From Candidatus Binatia bacterium (GTDB lineage Bacteria; Desulfobacterota; Binatia; UBA9968; CAXXLF01): 64,000 bases of DNA. The stretch spans positions 1,056,001 through 1,120,000 of the forward strand of contig CAXXLF010000002.1 in assembly GCA_963664015.2 (NCBI GenBank). The letters run 5' to 3'. Under the pieces are notes generated by a model. It was given only the letters and a program-made list of their open reading frames with translations, searched no databases and had not been told where the DNA came from. Made by a program: the position numbers and the translations under genes. This document shows, one piece after another, positions 10,195 through 20,381 of this stretch (position 1 is its first letter; each line of letters starts with the position of its first letter).

Positions 10195-11814
10195 TCAGGC
10201 CGCCGTATGGCCATGCCCGTGGCCATGGCCACGGCCATGTTCCTGGTGTCGAAAGATCAAAGACTTGATCACGACTGGAACGGCCTTGGCGTCAGGAATC
10301 TCCTCCCCAATATCGATAAAGTCGAAATCTTTGAGATCGATACCATCGATGGAGATAATATCGGCTCCCGGTAGGAGTTCCTTCTCTATAATATTCCCGA
10401 CCAGCTTGGCGATGTCGGCATCAAAAACCAACACGATAGGTTGCCCCCGGTCCACATGCTGCTTCATCCCCTGGGAGATACCCTCCGCAAGGGTACGAAT
10501 CAAGGGATAGGACGGACCCAATTCCCAATGAACGGCTAAGGCCGCCGGCCTTTCCCCATCCTGGATATCGAAACGCTTCAGTGAAGCTTCCACCGCCTCT
10601 TTGACATGGGCAACATCCAATGGTTCCTCTTGCTTGATATAAGGAATCACCACCTGCACGTTCCTTAATGGAAGGAGCCCACCGTCGGAGAGGTAGATGG
10701 TATTGCCCGAGACCTGCACGGTGTACTGGGAAGCCCCGATCACAGTGGCACGAATACGCACCTCCGGGACCACGACACGAATGGAATGTTTGTTGGAGAA
10801 TGCCTCGGCACGGGTGCGAACCTCCCGTCCCATGTGGTTGCCCAGGTCGCCGTAATCCGTTTTCTCGCGTCCATAGACATACTCGGAGACCCCCCCAGAG
10901 AAGGTCATCACGTCAATACGGTCCTTGAATCCGAGCGGGGGTGTCAGCATCAGGGTCTCTGTTAGCGGGGAGAGCTTTCCCCGTTCCAACACCTCAAAGA
11001 GCGCGCCGCAGATGGTCTGGGTCATGGATTCCTTATCGCTCTCCTTGAGGGCTCCGCCCAGACTCAACTGGATACCGGAGGCCTCTGCGATCTTGGCCCC
11101 CGCATCCTCCAGGCGGTTGATCTTGCTATCAGGACCTAAAGCGACCAACCGTGCCCCGACCTCAAGGCAGGCCGTGTCCACCACGGCGCCGTGGCGGGAG
11201 ATAGATATCTTGCAGGTCCCGCCGCCGACATCCACATTCATCACAGTGAAATCGCCGCCCTCATCTGTCGTCCTCTTGATTGCCCCCGAACCATAGGCCG
11301 CTAGGACCGCTTCCAGGTTATGCCCGGCGGTGGCGCAAACGAATTTTCCCGCCTGGGCGGCAAACAGGGCGGCAACGGCCTCAGCGTTTTCCTTCTTTGC
11401 CGCTTCACCCGTGAGAATCAAGGCACCCGTATCGATGTTGTTAGGGGCGAGATTCGCCCCCCGGTATGCCTGTTGGATGAATCCGTCCAACTGGTGGGTG
11501 TCTATAGTCGTTTTGTCCACGTAAGGGGTCAAAAGGATCGGCGATTCAAAAAGGATCTCGCGACTTACCACAACAAAGCGGCTGGAAAGAACAACGCCCT
11601 GCCGGCGCAGGATAAGCCGGGAAAAGACCAAATGCGACGTGGACGAACCGATATCGATTCCTACGGAGGTCAACGATATTCGTTCGGAGCGCCACATGGG
11701 ATGGTTTTCATCCAGCATGGCTTCATCGTGTTCTTGGTCATCGTCATGCCCTTCGTGAAAGACTAGGGGCACCTGTGGTGTGATCTGATTTGATTCCGGT
11801 AACTCAAGCTGCAT
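10195..11814 (-). CDS. EutA-like reactivating factor (ASKHA/actin-like ATPase) with His-rich termini
   Basis: SVGIDIGSSTSHLVFS, TGALILTGEAAKKENA, FVCATAGHNLEA, NVDVGGGT, IRATVIGA, VPVVIKSLIF. Confidence 0.85.
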   Translation of the reverse strand: MQLELPESNQITPQVPLVFHEGHDDDQEHDEAMLDENHPMWRSERISLTSVGIDIGSSTSHLVFSRLILRRQGVVLSSRFVVVSREILFESPILLTPYVDKTTIDTHQLDGFIQQAYRGANLAPNNIDTGALILTGEAAKKENAEAVAALFAAQAGKFVCATAGHNLEAVLAAYGSGAIKRTTDEGGDFTVMNVDVGGGTCKISISRHGAVVDTACLEVGARLVALGPDSKINRLEDAGAKIAEASGIQLSLGGALKESDKESMTQTICGALFEVLERGKLSPLTETLMLTPPLGFKDRIDVMTFSGGVSEYVYGREKTDYGDLGNHMGREVRTRAEAFSNKHSIRVVVPEVRIRATVIGASQYTVQVSGNTIYLSDGGLLPLRNVQVVIPYIKQEEPLDVAHVKEAVEASLKRFDIQDGERPAALAVHWELGPSYPLIRTLAEGISQGMKQHVDRGQPIVLVFDADIAKLVGNIIEKELLPGADIISIDGIDLKDFDFIDIGEEIPDAKAVPVVIKSLIFRHQEHGRGHGHGHGHTAA

Positions 11815-11985
11815 TTGTTGGATTCCTTTCTCTTTTCCGACCCTTCAATTACGTCCTAAATTGCCAGCGATCCTCATAGCACAAGCACCCATCAATTGCC
11901 AATCAGGTGCGGTCAACGACTTCCCCCCTCGCCCGAAGGCCCAATGGGGCCGGGAAAAGAGAGATAACGGAGCCCCATCGGTCCG

Positions 11986-12040
11986 AGATGAAGCCTCCAC
12001 GGGTTTACACCCATGGCATTTCACCTCTCTTCTGCGAAGG
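11986..12040 (+). repeat. Short (internally deleted) copy of a REP/MITE-like hairpin element
   Basis: aagcctccacgggtt...cccatggcat...tctgcgaagg matches both ends of the reverse complement of 30305-30452. Confidence 0.6.
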
Positions 12041-12251
12041 GGAATAAACTGAGACTGTCAGAATCAGATTCGCGGAAACATCAATCGTCCAATTCATGGG
12101 AGATTTTAACCTCTAGTTAGAGTTTTAAACCTCACTGTTGTAAAGGCAGGCGTCGTCGCCTTAACGAGTTCTGAATCTCGGAACGAAGGATCCCGGGGAG
12201 AATGGACTTAGGACAGAATCCAAGGTAGAATTAGACCTTCACTGAGGGACC

Positions 12252-14024
12252 ATGGGCCAGGTGCGCCAAGAGGTCTCAAGTACGGCCGGGATCATTATGC
12301 TGAGCGACGGAATTGCCAACGGCGCTCAAGAACTGGACGGCGTGAGTGCCCTGCCCATACCCGTCTTTACAGTCCCCATAGGCGAGAGCAAGGGCTTTGT
12401 GGACCTGCGTATCGCCAATCTTCGCATCCCCGAGTTCGCTTTCCGGGGGAGAGAAATCAACCTTGACTTTTCCATCGAAGCTTACGGTTTGAAAGGGGAA
12501 AAAGTACCACTCTATTTCACCCGGGGTCAGAACCTGATTTCGACCCAGACGATAACCATCGACAATGATCCCTTCCAACACAAGATGACCCTGACCTATA
12601 CGCCAAGGGAGATCGGGGCCCATAGCTTCACCCTCCGGATTCCGTCCCAGGCAACGGAACAGATCCCGCAGAACAACCAGCGCAGCTTCAAGATCGATGT
12701 GCAGAGAGACAAGATCCGGGTACTGACCCTGTCGGGTTCGCCGTCATGGAACTATCGTTTTCTGCGACTGGCGTTGAAAGACGACCCTTTTGTCGACCTG
12801 ATTTCCTTCGTTTTCCTACGAACCCCGACCGACTCGGTTGATGTCCCCGAGAACCAACTGAGCCTTATCCCGTTTCCCATCAATGAGATTCTCAAAAAGA
12901 TCGAAGAATTCGACCTCGTCATCTTCGACAACTTTTCTCATCGCTCCTATTTTAGCTCCACATACCTGGAGAAGATCCGAGACTTTATCAAGGAGGGCGG
13001 CGGCTTTGCCATGCTGGGCGGCGCCCGGTCCTTTGATAGCGGTGGCTATGCGGGAAGTCCCATCGAGGAGCCGCTGCCGGTTGAGCTTGACGGCAAAGGC
13101 AGTTACGAAACCAACACCCAGCTACGGGCAAGCCTGGCGGCAGCGGGGAAGGCCCACCCGGTGACCCGTATCTTCCCCGACCCTCAAGCCAATGAGGAGG
13201 CGTGGAAAAAGATTCCCGCCCTGACCCGTTTGAACCGGGTCGTCAAGTCCAAAGGTCAGGTCCTCCTCTGGGCTTCCCGGGATGAAGCCAGCCGAGGATG
13301 GCCGTTATTGACCGTCGGGAAGTTCGGCCGGGGTCGAACCCTGGCCCTGATGAGCGACGATCTCTGGCGCTGGAATTTCTTCGCCGTCGGGGAAAATGAG
13401 AGTCCCCAGGTACACCAACGGCTGATCCGCCAGGCGGTTCGCTGGTTGTCCCAAGAGTCCCTGTTCGAGCAGGTTCAAATCCTATCCATTGGTGGGTCCA
13501 GAATACCGGGTGAAAAGATGGAGGTTCGAGTCCGGGTGTTGAAAGACGATTACACCCCGGCACCACAGAGCGTCGTCAAGCTCCTGGTCAAGACGCCCGA
13601 TGGTGAGACAGTTCCCCTAGAGGCCGTACGGGATTCGGTGGCGGGCGAATACTCAGCCGAGTTCACCCCCGTCCGAGAAGGTTCCTATAGAATCGAGGCC
13701 GAGGCGGAACTGGCGGGCAAAACCTTGGGAAAGGACGGCAAAGAATTCGTTGTATCCATCGCCCACGCAGAGATTGAGGACGGCAGACCCCGCGCCGACC
13801 TGTTAAACAAAATTTCCGAGGTCAGCCAGGGCAGTGCGGTACCGATTACCCAGTGGAACCAAGAGAGCCTGGAGCAAATCCTGACTAAGCTTGAACAGCG
13901 CAATCCCTCCGAGATCGTCGAGAGACGGGATACACCCCTATGGAGTCTGCCATGGGCCCTGGCTCTCATGCTCTTGCTGCTGGGCTTCGAGTGGTGGCAA
14001 CGGAGAAGTTGGGGACTGGTATAG
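12252..14024 (+). CDS. vWA/GATase1-like membrane protein, probably 5'-truncated
   Basis: Begins at a vWA-like IIMLSDG segment; Ig-like region, GGGFAMLGG GATase-like domain, GRGRTLAL...WRW, C-terminal LLGFEWWQRRSWGLV; the usual N-terminal TM region is absent. Confidence 0.7.
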   Translation: MGQVRQEVSSTAGIIMLSDGIANGAQELDGVSALPIPVFTVPIGESKGFVDLRIANLRIPEFAFRGREINLDFSIEAYGLKGEKVPLYFTRGQNLISTQTITIDNDPFQHKMTLTYTPREIGAHSFTLRIPSQATEQIPQNNQRSFKIDVQRDKIRVLTLSGSPSWNYRFLRLALKDDPFVDLISFVFLRTPTDSVDVPENQLSLIPFPINEILKKIEEFDLVIFDNFSHRSYFSSTYLEKIRDFIKEGGGFAMLGGARSFDSGGYAGSPIEEPLPVELDGKGSYETNTQLRASLAAAGKAHPVTRIFPDPQANEEAWKKIPALTRLNRVVKSKGQVLLWASRDEASRGWPLLTVGKFGRGRTLALMSDDLWRWNFFAVGENESPQVHQRLIRQAVRWLSQESLFEQVQILSIGGSRIPGEKMEVRVRVLKDDYTPAPQSVVKLLVKTPDGETVPLEAVRDSVAGEYSAEFTPVREGSYRIEAEAELAGKTLGKDGKEFVVSIAHAEIEDGRPRADLLNKISEVSQGSAVPITQWNQESLEQILTKLEQRNPSEIVERRDTPLWSLPWALALMLLLLGFEWWQRRSWGLV

Positions 14025-14042
14025 GGATAAAGGAACAGATCA

Positions 14043-14843
14043 ATGAAAGAAACGCCAAGGACAAGGAGCCGGCTCTATGGTTGGGTTCTAGCCGTCGTTT
14101 TTTTCTTCCCCGCTAACGGCTTCAGCTTCTGCCACCTTGTGGAGGTGGCGGAGAACCCCATCATCCGAGTGGCCATGGGCGCTCCTAAATCGATCCAGAT
14201 CCAATGGTTCGGCCACTCCACCTTCCAGATCACCTCCTCCAAGGGAACGCGCATCCTGACCGATCCCCATCAACGGGAGGATCTGCCCTGGCCAATGCTG
14301 CCCCAGCATATCGTCACGACCAGCCATAATCATGGCGCCCACAGCAACCTCTGGATGGCCCAGGGCAACCCTGTGATCCTGGAAGGACTGCACCCCGATG
14401 AAAGCTGGAGGGTCATCCATCAGACCATCCGGGACATTTCCGTCTACACCGTCCCCGCCTATCATGATAAAAGCCAGGGCTGGCAGCGGGGAAGTAACAG
14501 CATCTTTGTCTTTCGTGTGAATGATATCTGCATCGCTCACCTGGGCGACCTGGGACATCGATTGACCCCACAGCAACTGAAGATGTTGGGCAAGATCGAC
14601 GTCCTGCTCATCCCACTGGCCGGAGGAATGTACACCATAACTGCCGAAGAGGCACGGGAGGTCACAAAACAGGTCAAACCTCGCATCGCCATTCCGATGC
14701 ACTATTGGTGGGAAGAAGCCATCGCAACGTACATCCATGAAGATTTTCCCGTAAAAATGATCAACGGCCACACCCTGACGATCTCCAAGGCACAGCTACC
14801 CAGGTCTACGCAGATCGTGGTCCTGACCTGGACAGACCCTTGA
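14043..14843 (+). CDS. Exported MBL-fold metallo-hydrolase
   Basis: WFGHSTF, TDP, SHNHGAH, HLGDLGH, IPMHY; signal peptide-like N-terminus. Confidence 0.85.
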   Translation: MKETPRTRSRLYGWVLAVVFFFPANGFSFCHLVEVAENPIIRVAMGAPKSIQIQWFGHSTFQITSSKGTRILTDPHQREDLPWPMLPQHIVTTSHNHGAHSNLWMAQGNPVILEGLHPDESWRVIHQTIRDISVYTVPAYHDKSQGWQRGSNSIFVFRVNDICIAHLGDLGHRLTPQQLKMLGKIDVLLIPLAGGMYTITAEEAREVTKQVKPRIAIPMHYWWEEAIATYIHEDFPVKMINGHTLTISKAQLPRSTQIVVLTWTDP

Positions 14844-14863
14844 GAACCTCTCTTGAATTGAAT

Positions 14864-14892
14864 TTGACAAGACGGTGGGCTTTAAATATTCT
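14864..14892 (+). promoter_or_regulatory. Sigma70-like promoter
   Basis: TTGACA-17 bp-TATTCT upstream of the MFS gene. Confidence 0.6.
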
Positions 14893-15002
14893 CCATCTCA
14901 GTCCGATGGACTGAGCTATCGCTCGGTTATGGCTGCCACTTAGGGTTTTCCTTGGGGCCGGCATCCCGTGGCACGGCCATATCGAAACTCTGGGTGGTAA
15001 AC

Positions 15003-16286
15003 ATGCAAATTCAGAATCCTTCCACGTCCGAAAAGCCAAAATCACCATCCCGCCTGGCCATCTTTAAGATCCGTAACTTTCGATATTACTGGGGAGCGAC
15101 GATCTTCTCACTCATCGGAGAGCACATCGAAGGAGTGATCCGCAGCTATGTGGTTTGGGAGATTACCCATTCGGTCTTCTGGTTATCGGCCCTGATCTTC
15201 GTCCACTGGGTCCCCTTTACCCTCTTTAGCCTTCCGGCGGGTATGATCGCTGACAGGGTGAACCGCCAGAGGGTTATGTTCTGGGCGGAGATCTGCCTTT
15301 CTATCGCTGCCTTTGGGATGTTTATCACGACCTATATGGGCATTATCAATGAGTACTGGCTTGCGGGTCTCCTGGTCATCCATGCGCTTCCGGGGCCCCT
15401 GGCCAACCCGTGCAGACAGCTCTTTGTTCACGACATGGTGGGCCGGGAGAACCTCCTAGCGGGCGTCAGCATGACTTCATCGCTTCGCCATGCCACCCAA
15501 TCCATTGGCAAACCATTCGGAGGCCTTATTCTGGCAACCGTAGGCCCCGCATTCGGCTTCCTGATTGATGCCCTGATGTTTGTTCCCATGATCATCACTT
15601 TACGATTTATTATAAACGTAAAGCAGGCAGAGGTTCCCGCCGAGCGACGCCGGCCTACCTTCAAGCAGTTCACCGATGGGCTCAATTACGTACGTAAGGA
15701 CCGTTCTATTCTCGCCACCATTTTCCTGGGAATTGCACCAAGCACCTTTGTCGGCAATGCACTGGTCATTTTTTATCTACTCTACGCGGATCAGGTATTT
15801 CACTTGGGAACAACGGGCTATACCCTCTTTCTGGCCGCCGATGGGATCGGTGCCCTGGTGGGTGTCATCCTCCTGGTCTGGATGGGCAACATCGCCTGGA
15901 AGGGAAAGCTACTCCTAATGGGGGTCTTCGGTTACAGTGGATTCCTAATTGCATTCGCTCTATCGAGGTCTTTTCCCCTCTCCCTGTTCTTCCTCTTCTG
16001 CTTCGGCGTCTGCCAGGTAGCCGTTACCGCTGCTGCAACGACCCTGATGCTGAACAGCGCCTCCGGCGATATGCGGGGGCAGGTCATGGGCGTCTATAAC
16101 TTCGGGAGTATGGGCTTGAGGGTTTTGAATGGGCCTTTTTTCTGGGGCGCACACACATTGTGGCTCGCCGTGCTGGCCAACCCAGTAACCGGGATTGCCG
16201 CCGCCGTGAGCAGCGGTGCGGTTATAATCGGGCTGTTGGGGTTATGCGTTGTCAAATACTTGCCGGGGATGCACCATCAGGAGTGA
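15003..16286 (+). CDS. MFS transporter (EntS/MFS_3-like)
   Basis: RNFRYYW, AGMIADRVNRQR motif A, MRGQVMG, about 12 TM helices. Confidence 0.88.
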   Translation: MQIQNPSTSEKPKSPSRLAIFKIRNFRYYWGATIFSLIGEHIEGVIRSYVVWEITHSVFWLSALIFVHWVPFTLFSLPAGMIADRVNRQRVMFWAEICLSIAAFGMFITTYMGIINEYWLAGLLVIHALPGPLANPCRQLFVHDMVGRENLLAGVSMTSSLRHATQSIGKPFGGLILATVGPAFGFLIDALMFVPMIITLRFIINVKQAEVPAERRRPTFKQFTDGLNYVRKDRSILATIFLGIAPSTFVGNALVIFYLLYADQVFHLGTTGYTLFLAADGIGALVGVILLVWMGNIAWKGKLLLMGVFGYSGFLIAFALSRSFPLSLFFLFCFGVCQVAVTAAATTLMLNSASGDMRGQVMGVYNFGSMGLRVLNGPFFWGAHTLWLAVLANPVTGIAAAVSSGAVIIGLLGLCVVKYLPGMHHQE

Positions 16287-16298
16287 TTCGGGTTCAAC

Positions 16299-16553
16299 TC
16301 AGTGCCGGCTTACAAGGCGAATGAATTCCTCTACTGTCAACCTCCCATCCACCAGCCGCTCCGTATCCGACGGACTAGAAGGATAGCCCTTCCCGTTGAT
16401 GAACAGCTCCCAATAGAAAATATCTTCTAACGAAGGGCAAGGGCCCTGAAATCCTTCCGCATCATGACGTATGACGAAATCCTTTCCCCGAAGGATCATC
16501 CTGGCATTCGCCCCATTGTCCCGACACCACCGTTGTATTTCCTCGATTGTCAT
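16299..16553 (-). CDS. Hypothetical protein
   Basis: GGAG RBS, directly downstream of the cupin gene; no family recognised. Confidence 0.55.
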   Translation of the reverse strand: MTIEEIQRWCRDNGANARMILRGKDFVIRHDAEGFQGPCPSLEDIFYWELFINGKGYPSSPSDTERLVDGRLTVEEFIRLVSRH

Positions 16554-16572
16554 ATATTCTCCCACCTGATAA

Positions 16573-16989
16573 CTACGGGGTTTGATCGAGGAGGTGCTCT
16601 TTCAAGCTCGTATCGATGCCATAGAGAACTTTGGTAATTTTTGGTTTCGGGTTAGGGGTAGTGCTCACCTGATAGAGGACAAGGCGTCCCTCGCCCGTGT
16701 TATTGAGCTGATAAAAATAACCAGCCGGAACATGAACCCCCTGGTGCTGTGTGAAATGAGCCTCCCCACCCTTCAAGAATTTCATGGTGCAATCGCCTTG
16801 CACTACGAAAAAAGTATGGTCGGATCCCGGATGGCAGTGCATTTCGTCGTTAACGCCCGGCTCGTAACAGTTCAAAGCAATCAAGCTACGGTCCGTCTTG
16901 GTGCAACTGACGTGGTTGCGCCCCGTAGCGCTCCCCCACTTTGCCTCTTTTGCAATATCAACGACTTTTGGGTCGGTAAGATTATCCAT
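16573..16989 (-). CDS. Single-domain cupin protein
   Basis: MHCHPGSDHTFFVVQG ... VPAGYFYQLNNTG. Confidence 0.8.
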   Translation of the reverse strand: MDNLTDPKVVDIAKEAKWGSATGRNHVSCTKTDRSLIALNCYEPGVNDEMHCHPGSDHTFFVVQGDCTMKFLKGGEAHFTQHQGVHVPAGYFYQLNNTGEGRLVLYQVSTTPNPKPKITKVLYGIDTSLKEHLLDQTP

Positions 16990-17175
16990 GGCAATTCCCC
17001 CTTTCCTTGGATCTTTAGGTTCTCATATGACGATTTCCGTTAGAAATCAACCCCGCATCCCTCTGATGTAGGTCGATAGAACGACATTGAGCACGGTCAG
17101 GGCAATCAGCATCCAAACCGATCATCACCTGGCGCCAGTCCTTAGTGAATCCACTGCCGTTTTGCGTCTCATTTT

Positions 17176-18770
17176 TCAATCGCACACGGTGTGGGAGTAA
17201 GTCTCTACGTCGACAAAGGCCTCGGTGACACAAGGGCCATCGAGCTTCAAGCCCCAATCCAGAGCATCGGAGATCTCTGATTCGTTCTTTGCCGACCGGC
17301 ACGGGACACCAAAGTAATGGGCCGGCGATTCGGGGGGATCTCCGAGATAAACTCCCGAGTGAACATAGCCCTTACGCTCCTGCTTGACCTTGATCAAGCC
17401 CAACCAACCATCGTTCAATACCACAATGGGGACCGTCAACCCCAGTCGTTTTGCCACGGCAAGTTCCCCCACCGTCACTTAAAAACAGCCGTCGCCGACA
17501 ACCCCAACAACCTTCCGGTCGGGGTATACCAGTTTTGCCGCATAAGCGGCCGGCATACCGTAACCCATGGAAGACCAGCCATTGGTTGCAAGACAGGTCC
17601 GGGGGAGATCGGTGCGCCATTGGATAGCAATCTGATGCGTATGAGCCCCCACATCGTATTCGAGAATCCCATCGGCGGGAAGTTTATTCCGCAGGATGTC
17701 AATAACATGATGCGCACCAAGCCCCGCTGTGTCTGGCCTCAAGGCCCCCTCCAATGTCTCGCGGTGCCGATCCCGTTCTCCATTGGACCAATCGTTTGGA
17801 ACAGGCGGAATCTCGTTCAATCTGCCGATGGCCAGGTCGAAATTCCCGGCCTCGTCGAGCAGCAGCTCAACCTCCCGGCCGACGTTCGCGGGCTCGGTAC
17901 TGATGTGGATTACAGGTGTCGCACCCACCCAATCCTGATAGTTGATCTCAATGGGATCGTATCCGATAGCCAGGATCAGATCCGCTTTTTGAAAAAAGGC
18001 CTGTACGTCCGTTCGGCGCGCGCGTCCCAATACGCCGGCCCAGTTGGAATGCCTCTCAGGGAGAAATCCCTTACCGTGAAGGGTGGAGATATAAGGCAGG
18101 TTGTGTTTTTCAATAAACCGCAACAGGCTTTTCCACTCCTTGCAGCGCGTAAACGTCAAGCCCGTGACCACGACGGGCCTTCGGCTACGCTGAAGCGCAT
18201 CCGAAACCTGCCGGAAGACCGCCTCAGGAATATCGCGGGGCATGGGCCATAGTTTTTTATGCTTGGGATTCACGGTGGTTTCGTCCAGGGCCACGTCCTC
18301 AGGTAAATCCATGTGCACGGGCCCGGTGGTTCCGCCGTCGCTGTCGTAAACGCTTCGGCCAGAATCTCCGCCATTCCGCCGGACCGCACCGCAAACGTGT
18401 TCTTTGTAATCGGCTTAAAGAGCGCGTGATGGTCGATCCGCATCTGCACGCGTCGGTCGATCCAGGAGGTCTCCACGTTGCAGGTAATCGCAATGAGCGG
18501 GTGCCGATCGAGCCAGGCACACCCCACCCCCGTAGCCAGGTTAGTAGCTCCGGGACCCAGAGTAGAGACGCACACACCCGGGATTCCAGTGAGCGCCCCC
18601 ACCGTGGCGGCCATAAACCCTGCCGAGGTCTCACTGGCAGTCAGGACATAATCGATGGGACTCGTTTGCAGCGCCTCGATCAATGGCAGCACCGGTCCAC
18701 TGGGGACACCGAATACCCACCGCACCCCAGCCTCCTCCATGGTTTTCAACAGCAGTTCAACGTTTTTCAT
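17176..18770 (-). pseudogene. Thiamine-diphosphate enzyme (acetolactate synthase-like), disrupted
   Basis: FGVPSG, ETSAGFMA, GPGATN, SMGYGMP, GDGCF; frameshift near 18320 and in-frame TAA at 17479-17481 inside the GDG motif region. Confidence 0.88.
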
Positions 18771-18782
18771 TTTTTCTCTTCT

Positions 18783-19265
18783 TCAGGTCCCGATTCGTAC
18801 CGGATCCGCAATATCCTGGAGGGTCCGCATAATAGAGAGGGTTGTCATCCTCACATGCTCAACGGCTCCCTTACAAGCCGATTTAATTCCTTCGAGACCC
18901 GCGATGGCACCCGAGGGTACGAACAATTGGCATCCGCTGGTTCTCGATAGTTCGATAATATCCGGATGATCAAGCAGCGCACCGGCACTGATCACCATCA
19001 AGTCCTTACCCGCCTGGAACGTCTCCCGAGCAACTTCACCGACGATTTCCCCGCCAACCGCTTCGACGACAATATCCGAGCGCTTGATCAACTCGCTTCG
19101 GTCAAGAAACGGCGGCGGATCGCGAAGCGTGGGTAAAAATTGGCACGCGGGATCTTCCGTACTGCTGTTCACACCAGCCACCTTCACGGTGAGCACGCCG
19201 GTATCAACTCCCTTGAGAAGCGTGCGCCCAATAGCTCCGCAGCCTACAATTCCGATTGATTTCAC
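18783..19265 (-). pseudogene. L-aspartate dehydrogenase-like (NadX family) with in-frame internal deletion
   Basis: GIVGCGAIG, VVEA, SAGAL, PSGAIAGL, then a direct jump to the C-terminal ...PVRIGT; only 160 aa. Confidence 0.75.
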
Positions 19266-19309
19266 AGGGATGCTCCCATTCAGATTTTGTATCTTGGGTG
19301 TTTCTCTGA

Positions 19310-19520
19310 GTCAACGAAGCAGAAACGGAAGGCACTCCGAACCGTGCAACCCGCCATAGCTTATGTACACCCTTGCCACCCATCTGCTTGGAAACGGCTA
19401 TGGTATTCGCAATATCCGAAAATCACTTGGACACAGGGATGGAAACACCATCATGATTCATACAGGCATCTTAAATCGACGAGCGAAGGCGATCCCATAC
19501 CTTCCGACAAATTATGGTGA
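19310..19520 (+). pseudogene. Relic C-terminus of an integron-type tyrosine recombinase
   Basis: Across frameshifts reads RATRHSL-/TLATHLLGNGYGIRNIRKSLGHRDGNTIMIHTGILNR...PSDKL*, matching IntI HSFATHLLxxGYDIRTIQELLGHxDVxTTMIYTHVLNR...SPLD. Confidence 0.75.
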
Positions 19521-19739
19521 GGGGTGATATACCGACCTCCAGGTCGGCCTTTGCCGAATCTTCATGCTTTAAGTGTTCATTGTACCCAACTGAAAACGGT
19601 GTAGATTTTTAATTATTAGTTGACCCGACAGATTGTAATATACAGACATTAAAAGGAGATATACCGGTCAGCAATTTACTTGTTAGAACACCAAAGAATC
19701 CGCAACGACAAGTGGCGATTCATAATTAACAGTAGAATA

Positions 19740-20115
19740 TTTTACAGACTCACGCTCTCATTATTCTTTTCCATCTTGGTTGCAGCAGCATTGTGCAAAG
19801 CGGAGGTGGTAAAAACGTGCAGACTTTACAGAGCGTGGCAAAGCTTCCTACTACGCAATGAAATATCAAGCGAGTAGAACCGCGAGCGATGAGCGGTTCA
19901 ACCAGGCAGCTACTACTGCGGCCCATAAAACACTGCCCTTCGGCACAGGAATAAGAGTTACTAACCTCAAGAATGAAAAAAGCGTTGAGGTGAGAATCAA
20001 TGACAGGGGGCCTTTCGTTGGAGACAGGATCATTGACCTGTTTAGGTCCGCATTTTCTAAAATCGGTGACCTTAGTTTGGGAGTGATAGAAGTAAAGATT
20101 GAGGTTATTCGGTAA
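19740..20115 (+). pseudogene. rlpA: RlpA-family (septal ring lytic transglycosylase, DPBB) lipoprotein, frameshifted
   Basis: GKASYYA, TAAHKTLPFGT, VRINDRGPF, RIIDL; lipobox-like LGCSS lies upstream in another frame; in-frame TAA at 19810. Confidence 0.75.
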
Positions 20116-20251
20116 AATAGCCCGACAAGGCCTTTCACTCAGACTCTCAAAGCTTTTGTTTCGTAGTAAACAGACCGGCCGGGGAACGTGAAGGTATCCG
20201 CCCTAACCCTCCCCGTCACCTTGACTCCTCGATCCCCTTAACCAGATAAAC

Positions 20252-20287
20252 CCATGCCGCCAAACCCATTTGGGCCTGGCGGCATGG
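20252..20287. terminator. Stem-loop between convergent genes
   Basis: ccatgccgcca...tggcggcatgg inverted repeat. Confidence 0.55.
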
Positions 20288-20381
20288 TCGAATGGTTTAT
20301 TTCGTATCCCTAGTATCCGCCTTTTCCCCACCACCAACGCTAACCCCCGGTCGCAGCTTAAGGCAGGGGGACAAGTGTTTC

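Noticed and set aside
10195-11814. Ethanolamine utilisation / microcompartment locus
   Set aside because: There are no eutB/eutC, shell-protein or cobalamin genes in the window.
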